Below, piece after piece: positions 1-7,697 of a DNA stretch of 12,506 nt (positions are counted from its first letter, which is position 1; the number at the start of each line of letters is the position of its first letter). Made by a program: the position numbers and the translations under genes. The notes below the pieces were generated by a model. That model was given only the letters and a program-made list of their open reading frames with translations, did not search any database and was not told the DNA's origin. Origin of the DNA: Candidatus Eiseniibacteriota bacterium (lineage in GTDB: Bacteria; Eisenbacteria; RBG-16-71-46; JABDJR01; JAWXBZ01); the NCBI GenBank assembly GCA_034440375.1, contig JAWXBZ010000096.1, positions 1-12,506 of the forward strand, in the 5' to 3' direction.

Positions 1-36
1 CACCTGAAGATCGCCTTCCGTCACCTGGTCGCATAG
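1..36 (+). CDS. 3' end of an upstream gene truncated by the window (...HLKIAFRHLVA*), product unknown
   Basis: Frame 1 is open from the window edge to TAG at 34-36, with G/C-ending codons like the neighbouring genes. Too short to identify. Confidence 0.45.
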   Translation, partial: HLKIAFRHLVA

Positions 37-62
37 CCAACTTCCGGCCCTCAGTCTATAGT
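34..62 (+). promoter_or_regulatory. Possible sigma70-type promoter for the PHP gene
   Basis: TAGCCA (34-39, 4/6 match to TTGACA), 17-nt spacer, TATAGT (57-62, 5/6 match to TATAAT). The ATG at 72 has no Shine-Dalgarno, consistent with a near-leaderless transcript. Confidence 0.4.
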
Positions 63-71
63 CTCCGACCG

Positions 72-890
72 ATGACGCGAATCGATCTGCACACCCATTC
101 GCTCCACTCCGACGGCTCGCACACCCCCGCCGAGTTGGTTGGGATGGCCCGCGCCGCGGGGGTGGCCGCATTGGCGTTGACCGACCACGACACGATAGCC
201 GGCCTGCCGGAACTCCATCTGGCCGCGACGTCGCCCGGGCCGACACTCACGATCATCGACGGCGTCGAACTGTCGGCCACCGCGGGACAGAATGACATTC
301 ACATCCTGGGCTACTTCGTCAGTTCCGCTCATGAGCCCTTCTGCGCGGCGCTTCAGAACTTCCAGGAGGGGCGGTTGCGACGGGCGGAGTCGATGGTGGC
401 CAGACTGAACGCACTGGGCGTCGCGATCACACTCGCGGATGTGCAGCGTCATGCCGGTGGGGGTTCGCTCGGTCGTCCGCATGTGGCGCTGGCCCTCCTG
501 GAAGCGGGTTACGTTGAGACTTTTGATCAGGCCTTTGGCCGCTATCTCGGCCACCGCGGGCCGGCCTTCGTTTCCAAGCCACACTTCCAGCCCGAGGAAG
601 CTGTCGAGCTGATCCGGCAGGCGGGCGGCGTCAGCGTCCTGGCCCATCCCGGGACGGCCAACCGGGATGACCTTCTGCCGCGCCTGAAAGCAGCGGGGCT
701 CTCGGGTATCGAGGTCTGGCATCCGAAGCACGGCCCCGGCCAGGTTGCCCACTATCGCCGGATTGCGGCCGAGTTCGATCTCGTCCCGAGCGGCGGTTCC
801 GATTTTCATGGCGCCAAGGTCGGTGACGTCAGAATCGGGATGTCCGATGTCCCCGAGTCGACACTTGTCGAACTACGCGCCCGCCGCTAG
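72..890 (+). CDS. PHP-domain metal-dependent phosphoesterase (YciV/TrpH-like; 3',5'-nucleoside bisphosphate phosphatase / 5'-3' exoribonuclease family)
   Basis: 272 aa with the PHP motifs DLHTHSLHSDG, ALTDHDT, GVELS, HILGY, GRPHVA, VLAHP, GIEVWHPKH and GGSDFHG. Confidence 0.92.
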   Translation: MTRIDLHTHSLHSDGSHTPAELVGMARAAGVAALALTDHDTIAGLPELHLAATSPGPTLTIIDGVELSATAGQNDIHILGYFVSSAHEPFCAALQNFQEGRLRRAESMVARLNALGVAITLADVQRHAGGGSLGRPHVALALLEAGYVETFDQAFGRYLGHRGPAFVSKPHFQPEEAVELIRQAGGVSVLAHPGTANRDDLLPRLKAAGLSGIEVWHPKHGPGQVAHYRRIAAEFDLVPSGGSDFHGAKVGDVRIGMSDVPESTLVELRARR

Positions 891-2757
891 AGACCGGCCA
901 TCGGTACCTTCCGCTTGGCGCGGTGGCCCCGGTGTCGGCCGGGCGCTGGTCGGCCTCCTCTTGCTCATGACTTTGCTGGCCCACCCGTCGCCGGTACGTG
1001 GCATCGGCCTCCCTGATCTGCTCGGCGCGTCACCCGCGGATTCGAGCGCCGTGCCGCCCACCGGCTCCGAGTACCTGGACAGTCTGAACGTGGGCCCTGG
1101 CGCCGATCTGGCCTTCATTCGCTTCGAGGATCAGGTGGCCCGCCTCGCGCTTGGGGACCAGGCGCGCACGGGTGTTGAGGGGATCGCGAGGCCCACCTCG
1201 CTCGGCTCGCCGGGGTGGGGGAGGCTGACCGCGTCTCTCGACGGTTTCCCGATGGGGCAAGGGGTTGTCCACTGGGACAATGCCGCCTGGTTCCCCATCC
1301 GCGGGATCAGCCGGTTCGGCCTTGCCGGCGGCGCGGCGGCCATCCGGAACGGTGAGGGTGCGGGGCGAGTCGTCCTGGCCGAAACCTTTCCGGGGCAGAC
1401 CCGGCCGGCCAGCGTGGTCTCGCTCCTCGGCGGCAGTTTCGGCCACCGTCTGGCCGAACTGGATTTTGCGCGCCAGTTCGGCGCGGTGGCGTTTCATGCC
1501 GATGTGGCCGACTTCGGCCACGACGGCTTCGGCGTCATCGGACGGACGGACGCCTCGCGCGGTTTCGCGCGCCTCGATTTTTCGGTACTCGGATTCGAGG
1601 CTCGTTTTGGTCTTGGCCTGGCTGCCGGTTCGATGGAAGCGGGAGGGGCCGCCCTGGATTCCGGCACGGAGTCGACGGACGAGTCGTCGATCACCTTCCG
1701 ACTGACCCGGCCCATGCGGTCGGGGCGACTTGAGATTTCCGTGTTGTCGGAATCAAGCCGGCTTGCGATCGAGTCGCTGACGACGGACAGCTTTCGCCTG
1801 ACTCGTGGCCGCTGGTGGGGAGAAGCGACGCGCATCTGGAGCTCGCAGAAGCTGGAAGGACGCGTGGCCGTCTTTGCGTCGAGGGAAACACGGACCGGGG
1901 TGTTGCCGGATGATGGTCGGTTTGATGGCGGCGGGCTTCTCGTGGCCGGCCAGTGGCACGGGTCGCCGGCCTGGCAGTTCGAAACGGCCCTTCGTCTCCG
2001 TCTCGCCGAGCCGGCCGGCATCGAGTTCGAGCCGGGGATTACGCTGGCGCATGCCATTGGGAGCCGTGGGCGCTGCTGGCTGGAGGCTTCTCGATCGAGC
2101 GGCTTCCCTGGTCTCCTGTTGCATCTCGATCAGCCATTGGCGAATCTGGAAAGGGCGCAGGAAGTGCTTCTCCGCATAGAGGAGCTCCAGACACCCGAGC
2201 GCCATCTGCGGCTGGCCATCGGCGGAGAAACCGGCGATGCCCTGCGGGCGGGCGGGGAGTTGAGCGTCGTTCATACGGACAACCGGCAGCCCTGGCTTTC
2301 GCTGGCCCCGGGCGCGCCGCTCGGTCCGGACCGGGAAGGATCATGGAGCGGCGATGCGCGGCTCTCCTGTCGCTGGCGCGCGCGGCAGGATCTGGAGTTC
2401 GGAGTGGCTGCCGGAGTCGCCTCGTTCGATGGGGCGCTCGAGCCATACCGCCCGCGCGGCCGCGCAGATGGCTGGACCCGCCTGTCCCGAAGTTACTTTG
2501 GTCGTGATCTCGATCTGTCGGTCGAGCTGGCCGGCCATCTCCTCGGTCCGCGCACCAACCCCGCAGGCGAGACGTACCCGACACTGCTCGCCGTCGACGG
2601 CACCTTGACGGCGAGGATCCGCACGCTCACTCTCTTCCTGCGCTTGGAGAACATGGCCGGTCTCTTCATGGAGTCCGACCTTCGAGATCCCGACTTTCCC
2701 CTCCCGCTACCCGGCCTTTCCAGCAAGCTTGGCGCGACGTTGCGACTCGCCGACTAG
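847..2757 (+). CDS. Exported outer-membrane beta-barrel protein with a TonB-dependent-receptor plug-like region (putative porin/TBDR-like)
   Basis: Frame open from 745. ATG 847 is the last ATG before a signal-peptide-like stretch (RALVGLLLLMTLLAHPSPVRG) and overlaps the PHP gene by 44 nt; the start is uncertain. Plug-like segment LTASLDGFPM...FPIRGISRFGLAGGAAAIRNGEGAGRVVL, then many alternating amphipathic strands (GFARLDFSVLGFEARFGLGL, LDLSVELAGHLLG, TLTARIRTLTLFLRLEN) and a terminal strand KLGATLRLAD. Confidence 0.65.
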   Translation: MSPSRHLSNYAPAARDRPSVPSAWRGGPGVGRALVGLLLLMTLLAHPSPVRGIGLPDLLGASPADSSAVPPTGSEYLDSLNVGPGADLAFIRFEDQVARLALGDQARTGVEGIARPTSLGSPGWGRLTASLDGFPMGQGVVHWDNAAWFPIRGISRFGLAGGAAAIRNGEGAGRVVLAETFPGQTRPASVVSLLGGSFGHRLAELDFARQFGAVAFHADVADFGHDGFGVIGRTDASRGFARLDFSVLGFEARFGLGLAAGSMEAGGAALDSGTESTDESSITFRLTRPMRSGRLEISVLSESSRLAIESLTTDSFRLTRGRWWGEATRIWSSQKLEGRVAVFASRETRTGVLPDDGRFDGGGLLVAGQWHGSPAWQFETALRLRLAEPAGIEFEPGITLAHAIGSRGRCWLEASRSSGFPGLLLHLDQPLANLERAQEVLLRIEELQTPERHLRLAIGGETGDALRAGGELSVVHTDNRQPWLSLAPGAPLGPDREGSWSGDARLSCRWRARQDLEFGVAAGVASFDGALEPYRPRGRADGWTRLSRSYFGRDLDLSVELAGHLLGPRTNPAGETYPTLLAVDGTLTARIRTLTLFLRLENMAGLFMESDLRDPDFPLPLPGLSSKLGATLRLAD

Positions 2758-2802
2758 CCACCCGCCCTTCCGACCACGCCCAGGTCCCCAGCCTCCCGTC
2801 CC

Positions 2803-2808
2803 GGAGGT
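2803..2808 (+). promoter_or_regulatory. Shine-Dalgarno of comEA-like gene
   Basis: GGAGGT 5 nt upstream of ATG 2814. Confidence 0.75.
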
Positions 2809-2813
2809 TAGAC

Positions 2814-3374
2814 ATGCGTTGGCCCGAATTTCTTGAATGGACGACCGAAGAGCGTCGCGCCGTGCTGGCCGTTCTGCTGTTTACCGGCGGCGGTGGACTC
2901 ATCCTCGAACTGGGGCGGCGGTTTCCGGACTGGACGCCCGACCTGCTCCTTGTTTCGTCGCTCGATCGACACCGGGTCACCGCCGACTCGGCCCGTGTGA
3001 GTGACACCCTGGCCGTGCCGGAAGCGTCGGCATCCGACGATAGCGTCCTGATTCTGGCCGGTCTCGGTGCCGCCGCCCCGGGTGACGCCGCTCGCCCGGG
3101 GGGCGAGCCTTCCCGTCGGAAGGAGAGTCACCCAAAAACGCCGGCCGGTCCGGTCAATATCAATCATGCCGATGCCGCTCGGCTGACCTCACTGCCGGGA
3201 GTCGGGCCAAAGCTCGCCGAGCGAATTGTCCTGGATCGCGCGGCGAACGGGCGTTATCGATCACTGGCCGACCTCGACCGCGTCAAGGGAGTCGGCCCAT
3301 CACTACTGCAAAAGCTTTCTGGATTGGTGGTTACGGAATCCGCTTCGGACTCCACATTAATACAACGGCCCTGA
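2814..3374 (+). CDS. comEA: ComEA-family helix-hairpin-helix DNA-binding competence protein with N-terminal membrane anchor
   Basis: C-terminal VNINHADAARLTSLPGVGPKLAERIVLDRAANGRYRSLADLDRVKGVGPSLLQKL is a canonical double HhH. N-terminal hydrophobic helix ERRAVLAVLLFTGGGGLIL, then a low-complexity linker. Strong RBS. Confidence 0.88.
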   Translation: MRWPEFLEWTTEERRAVLAVLLFTGGGGLILELGRRFPDWTPDLLLVSSLDRHRVTADSARVSDTLAVPEASASDDSVLILAGLGAAAPGDAARPGGEPSRRKESHPKTPAGPVNINHADAARLTSLPGVGPKLAERIVLDRAANGRYRSLADLDRVKGVGPSLLQKLSGLVVTESASDSTLIQRP

Positions 3375-3436
3375 CTGGACCTGGCGTATCGGCCGTGCAG
3401 AAGGCGAGGTGCGGGCGGTCTCGCGCAAGTCTTTCC

Positions 3437-3464
3437 TCAATATCTCTCGATGGGGTGCCGATTT
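3437..3464 (+). promoter_or_regulatory. Possible sigma28 (FliA/SigD/WhiG)-like promoter upstream of pilB
   Basis: TCAA (3437-3440), 16 nt, GCCGATTT (3457-3464), in a relatively AT-rich patch of the 221-bp comEA-pilB spacer. Resembles TAAA-N15/16-GCCGATAA. Confidence 0.4.
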
Positions 3465-3595
3465 ATGCGTTACGCCTGGGGCGGGAACTCCTGAGATGGC
3501 CTGTTGGGGATCGGGAGGCATGCGCCTGGGTGTGTTCGTTCCTATCGACTTTTCAGACCGCCGTTTGGGTCGGGCTCGACCAGGAGGCATTTCCG

Positions 3596-5293
3596 TTGCA
3601 GGACACCCTCGCCAAGACACTGATCGAGACGAAGAAAATCTCGAGCCAGCAGGTGGCCGAAGCCCAGAAGCTCGCCAAGGGAAACGGCGGCAACCTCGCG
3701 CTCTCACTGGTGCGTCTCGGTGCGCTCTCGGAACTGGAGTACGGCGAATTCCTTGCGTCGTACTACAACGCCCCGCTCTGCGATCTGGGCAAAACCGAGA
3801 TCGATCCCTCGGTGGCCCGCATGGTGCCATCCGAAGTGGCCACCCGCTTCCAGGTGGTGCCGATCCGCCGCAACGGCCGCCGCCTGACGGTGGTCATGGC
3901 CAACCCATCGAATATCTTCGCGATCGACGACATCAAGTTCATCACGGGCCTCGAAGTCGATGTCATGGTCGCCCCCGAGCCGGATATCAAAAAGGCCCTC
4001 GATCGGATGTATGACCAGGCGGAGAGCCTGGCCAGCGTCATGAAGGATCTTGACACCGACCTTGAAGTCGTTGAGGAGCCGGACGAACAGTCCGACTCGG
4101 TGGCCGCGGACATTGCGGCCATGGATCAGGCCCCGGTGGTCAAACTGGTCAACTCGATGATGGCCGACGCCGTGCGCAAGGGTGCCAGTGATATCCACGT
4201 GGAACCCTATGAAAAGCAGCTCCGCGTCCGTTATCGCATCGACGGCGTGCTCCAGGAAATGATGAGCCCGCCCTACCGGATGAAGGCCGCCATCATCTCG
4301 CGGTTGAAAATCATGGCCGACCTCGACATCGCCGAAAGGCGCGTGCCCCAGGACGGTCGCATCAAGATCAAGATCTTCAACAAGATGATCGACCTGCGCG
4401 TTTCCTGCCTGCCGACGATCTTCGGCGAGAAGATCGTGATGCGAATCCTGGATAAATCGAACCTCACCCTGGACCTGACCCGGGCCGGTTTCGAGGCGAA
4501 GGCCCTGGACAATCTCCTGCGTGCCATTGCCATGCCATTCGGGATGGTGCTGGTGACCGGACCGACCGGATCCGGCAAGACAACGACCCTTTACTCGGCC
4601 CTTTCCAAGATCAATGTTCCGGAGGTCAACATCATGACCGCCGAGGACCCGGTCGAGTACAACATCGAGGGAATCAATCAGGTCAACGTGAACGAGGACA
4701 TTGGCCTCACGTTTGCCGCCTCACTCCGCGCTTTTCTCCGGCAGGATCCGAATATCGTCATGGTCGGCGAAATTCGCGACCTGGAAACCGCCTCGATTGC
4801 GGTCAAGGCCGCGCTGACCGGCCACCTTGTCCTGTCGACGCTGCACACCAACGACGCCCCCTCGACGCTGAATCGCATGGTGGACATGGGCATCGAGCCG
4901 TTTCTGGTGGCCTCATCCGTCAACCTGATCATGGCTCAGCGCCTCATTCGCCGGGTCTGCACGAATTGCAAGCAGGTGATCAAACCTCACGACGAGGTGC
5001 TGATCGAACTCGGCGTGCCGGAGTCCGAATGGCCTGATTTCAAGGATATGCATGGGGCCGGATGCATCGAGTGCGGCAACAGCGGCTACAAGGGACGGAC
5101 CGGCGTCATGGAAGTCATGCCGATCTCGGCCGGAATCCGGGACATGATCCTGGATCGCGCGCCCACCAGCGAGATCAAGCGTCAGGCCGTCGTGGAGGGG
5201 ATGCTCACCCTGCGCATGGACGGCATTCGAAAATTGAAGCAGGGGCTGACCTCAGCGGAGGAAGTTCTCCGCGAAACGGCCCTCGACAAGTGA
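3596..5293 (+). CDS. pilB: Type IVa pilus assembly (extension) ATPase PilB
   Basis: Likely start is TTG 3596, 8 nt after AGGAGG (3582-3587), not 3395. MshEN-like N-terminus, ASDIHVEP, RYRIDG, AERRVPQDG, Walker A GPTGSGKTT, TAEDPVE, LRQDPNIVMVGEIRD, TGHLVLSTLHTN, and tetra-Cys zinc motif CTNC...CIEC followed by GYKGR. Confidence 0.96.
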   Translation: MQDTLAKTLIETKKISSQQVAEAQKLAKGNGGNLALSLVRLGALSELEYGEFLASYYNAPLCDLGKTEIDPSVARMVPSEVATRFQVVPIRRNGRRLTVVMANPSNIFAIDDIKFITGLEVDVMVAPEPDIKKALDRMYDQAESLASVMKDLDTDLEVVEEPDEQSDSVAADIAAMDQAPVVKLVNSMMADAVRKGASDIHVEPYEKQLRVRYRIDGVLQEMMSPPYRMKAAIISRLKIMADLDIAERRVPQDGRIKIKIFNKMIDLRVSCLPTIFGEKIVMRILDKSNLTLDLTRAGFEAKALDNLLRAIAMPFGMVLVTGPTGSGKTTTLYSALSKINVPEVNIMTAEDPVEYNIEGINQVNVNEDIGLTFAASLRAFLRQDPNIVMVGEIRDLETASIAVKAALTGHLVLSTLHTNDAPSTLNRMVDMGIEPFLVASSVNLIMAQRLIRRVCTNCKQVIKPHDEVLIELGVPESEWPDFKDMHGAGCIECGNSGYKGRTGVMEVMPISAGIRDMILDRAPTSEIKRQAVVEGMLTLRMDGIRKLKQGLTSAEEVLRETALDK

Positions 5294-5315
5294 CCACCGA
5301 TCCGAGGATCCCCCG

Positions 5316-6395
5316 ATGATCATGATGCATGCGCTTCTCGAGGAGATGACCCAGAAGGGTGCCTCGGACCTTCACATTACCGCAGGAGTGCCACCGGTCC
5401 TCCGGGTGGACGGCCAGATCATTCCGACCAACCACGAAATGGTGACTCCCGAGACGGCCGAGGCCCTGGCCTACAGCCTGATGAAGGAAGACCAGCGGAA
5501 GCGCTTCGAGCAGAACAAGGAGATGGACCTTTCCTTCGGCATCAAGGGGCTTTCCCGTTTCCGGGCCAACATCTTCCTGCAGCGCGGCGTGGTCACCATG
5601 GCCATCCGGTCGATTCCCTACCAGTTCATGACGATGGAAAAGCTGGGCCTGCCCAAGATCGTGCAGGACCTGGCTTTCAAGCCGAAGGGGCTGGTGCTGG
5701 TGACCGGCCCGACCGGTTCGGGCAAGTCGACGACGCTGGCGGCGCTGATCAATCGAATCAACGAAGAGCGGCGCTGTCACATTTTGACCATCGAGGACCC
5801 GATCGAGTACGTCCATCAGCACAAGAAATCGATCGTAAACCAGCGCGAGCTGAACTCGGACACGCATTCGTTCGCAGCGGCGCTGAAATTCGTCCTGAGG
5901 CAGGATCCGGACGTGATCATGGTCGGGGAAATGCGTGATCTGGAAACCATCCAGGCAGCACTGACCATCGCCGAAACCGGGCATCTCGTGTTCGCAACGC
6001 TGCATACCAATTCGACGTACGAAGCCGTCAGCCGCATGGTCGACGTCTTCCCGTCAACGCAGCAGCCGCAGATCCTGGCCCAGCTGGCCTTCGTGCTGGA
6101 GGCGATCGTGACCCAGCAGCTCATCCCGAAAATGCGGGGCGGCGGGCGGATCCTGGTGCCGGAGATATTGATCTGCAACCCGGCCATCAAGGCGGTCATC
6201 CGGGAAGCCAAGACCCACCAGATTTATTCCCTCATGCAGGCCGGACAGAAGTTCGGCATGCAGACGATGAACCAGGGGCTTTACGCCGCCTGTCTTAACC
6301 GGATCATCTCGCAGGAGGAGGCGATGGGGCGCTCGACCGACCCCCGTGAACTCGAAGCGATGATGGCCAAGGTCAACCCGAGAGCAGCCGCCTGA
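5316..6395 (+). CDS. pilT: Type IV pilus retraction ATPase PilT
   Basis: ASDLHITAG, RFRANIF, Walker A GPTGSGKSTT, TIEDPIE, LRQDPDVIMVGEMRD, AETGHLVFATLHTN, AIRNLIRE-like motif AIKAVIRE, and GMQTM. No N-terminal extension or Zn motif. GAGGA upstream; start may be 5316, 5322 or 5325. Confidence 0.96.
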   Translation: MIMMHALLEEMTQKGASDLHITAGVPPVLRVDGQIIPTNHEMVTPETAEALAYSLMKEDQRKRFEQNKEMDLSFGIKGLSRFRANIFLQRGVVTMAIRSIPYQFMTMEKLGLPKIVQDLAFKPKGLVLVTGPTGSGKSTTLAALINRINEERRCHILTIEDPIEYVHQHKKSIVNQRELNSDTHSFAAALKFVLRQDPDVIMVGEMRDLETIQAALTIAETGHLVFATLHTNSTYEAVSRMVDVFPSTQQPQILAQLAFVLEAIVTQQLIPKMRGGGRILVPEILICNPAIKAVIREAKTHQIYSLMQAGQKFGMQTMNQGLYAACLNRIISQEEAMGRSTDPRELEAMMAKVNPRAAA

Positions 6396-6417
6396 CAGAA
6401 AGGACGGAATCGTCACG

Positions 6418-7635
6418 ATGCCTGTATTCATGTGGAAGGGCCGGACGCTGGCCGGTGAAACCCAGAGCGGGGAGCTGTCGGTCGATACCCAGGCCGAAGC
6501 GCTCTCGCAGCTACGCCGGAAGCGAATCATCCCGCAGTTCGTCCGGGAAAAACCGAAGTCGCTGACGATTGGCATCAACCTGAAGGCCGGGGCTTCCGTC
6601 TCGACCCGGGATCTGGCCATCTTCACCCGGCAGTTCGCCACCATGATCACCGCCGGTTTGCCGCTGGTCCAGTGTCTCGACATCCTGTCCCAGCAGTCGG
6701 ACAGTGCGGCGCTGCGAAAGGTCATCAACGATGTGCGCAATGATGTCGAGTCCGGCACGACGCTGGCCGAGGCACTCGGAAAGCATCCCAAGGTATTCGA
6801 CAACCTGTTCGTGAACATGGTCGAGGCGGGTGAAGCGGGCGGTGTGCTCGATGACATTCTGCTCCGACTGGCTACCTACATCGAAAAGGCCGAGGCCCTC
6901 CGCCGCAAGGTGAAGGCGGCCATGACCTATCCGACGGTCGTTCTTGTCGTCGCGGTCGGCACGACGACGTTCATGCTTCTGTTCATCATTCCGACCTTCG
7001 CCAAGATCTTCAAGGATTTCGGCGGCGAATTGCCGCTGCCGACGGCGATCGTCCTGATGCTGTCCGACTTCCTGCGCAGCTACTGGTACCTGTTGTTCGG
7101 AGCGGTGGCGGGTCTCATCGTCCTGTTCAAGCGGTTCTACGCGACTGACAAGGGCGAGAAGATCATCGACCGGCTCAAGCTGCGGATGCCGATTCTGGGT
7201 GACCTCCTCAAGAAGGCGGCCATTGCCCGGTTCACCCGGACCCTTGGCACGCTCATCAGCTCCGGCGTCCCGATCCTGACCGGTCTCGAGATCACGGCAC
7301 GGACGGCCGGTAACCGGGTCATCCAGGAGGCGGTGCTGGCCACCCGGGCTTCGATCCGGGAAGGCCAGACGATTGCCGCTCCTCTCAAGGAGTCCAAAGT
7401 GTTTCCGCCGATGGTAGTGCAGATGATTGCCGTCGGTGAGGAAACCGGCGCGCTGGACGAAATGCTCAACAAGATAGCCACGTTTTATGACGACGAGGTC
7501 AATACGGCCGTCGACACGCTGACATCGATCATCGAACCGGTGATGATCGTGGTGATGGGTCTTCTGGTCGGTGGCATGGTCGTGGCCATGTACATGCCGA
7601 TGTTCAAGTTGATCAACGTCGTCGCCGGCGACTAG
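6418..7635 (+). CDS. pilC: Type IV pilus inner-membrane platform protein PilC (GspF family)
   Basis: FTRQFATMITAGLPL, MVEAGEAGGVLD, KVKAAMTYP followed by TM helices, FTRTLGTLISSGVPIL, MIAVGEETGALDEML, IIEP...AMYMPMF: two GspF repeats, located after pilB-pilT. Confidence 0.96.
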   Translation: MPVFMWKGRTLAGETQSGELSVDTQAEALSQLRRKRIIPQFVREKPKSLTIGINLKAGASVSTRDLAIFTRQFATMITAGLPLVQCLDILSQQSDSAALRKVINDVRNDVESGTTLAEALGKHPKVFDNLFVNMVEAGEAGGVLDDILLRLATYIEKAEALRRKVKAAMTYPTVVLVVAVGTTTFMLLFIIPTFAKIFKDFGGELPLPTAIVLMLSDFLRSYWYLLFGAVAGLIVLFKRFYATDKGEKIIDRLKLRMPILGDLLKKAAIARFTRTLGTLISSGVPILTGLEITARTAGNRVIQEAVLATRASIREGQTIAAPLKESKVFPPMVVQMIAVGEETGALDEMLNKIATFYDDEVNTAVDTLTSIIEPVMIVVMGLLVGGMVVAMYMPMFKLINVVAGD

Positions 7636-7649
7636 GTCGGTTGAGGTTT

Positions 7650-7680
7650 CGGCAGCCGGATCCCATGGATCCGGCTGCCG
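7650..7680. repeat. Perfect 14-bp inverted repeat (hairpin) between pilC and pilS
   Basis: CGGCAGCCGGATCC-CAT-GGATCCGGCTGCCG. No U-tract follows on the + strand. Confidence 0.85.
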
Positions 7681-7697
7681 CGTAACGAGGAGTGTCC

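Noticed and set aside
745-846. Barrel ORF start at TTG 745
   Set aside because: It would overlap the PHP catalytic GGSDFHG region by 146 nt and put the signal peptide far from the N-terminus.
3380-3400. TGGCGTATCGGCCGTGC as a sigma54 promoter for pilB
   Set aside because: The GG-to-GC spacing is 12 nt rather than the required 10.
3395-3595. 67-aa N-terminal extension of PilB in the ORF track
   Set aside because: It does not resemble PilB. AGGAGG sits 8 nt before TTG 3596, where the MshEN-like fold begins, and the stretch looks like promoter/leader DNA.
3375-3595. c-di-GMP-I/II or c-AMP-GMP riboswitch in the pilB leader
   Set aside because: The GGCAAAC...GAAA...GACGCAAAGC core of class I and the class II pseudoknot motifs are not present by eye. 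An Infernal scan would be decisive.
3596-7635. Type II secretion (GspE/GspF) interpretation
   Set aside because: A PilT retraction ATPase between the two genes and the downstream PilS/PilR-like pair indicate type IVa pili.
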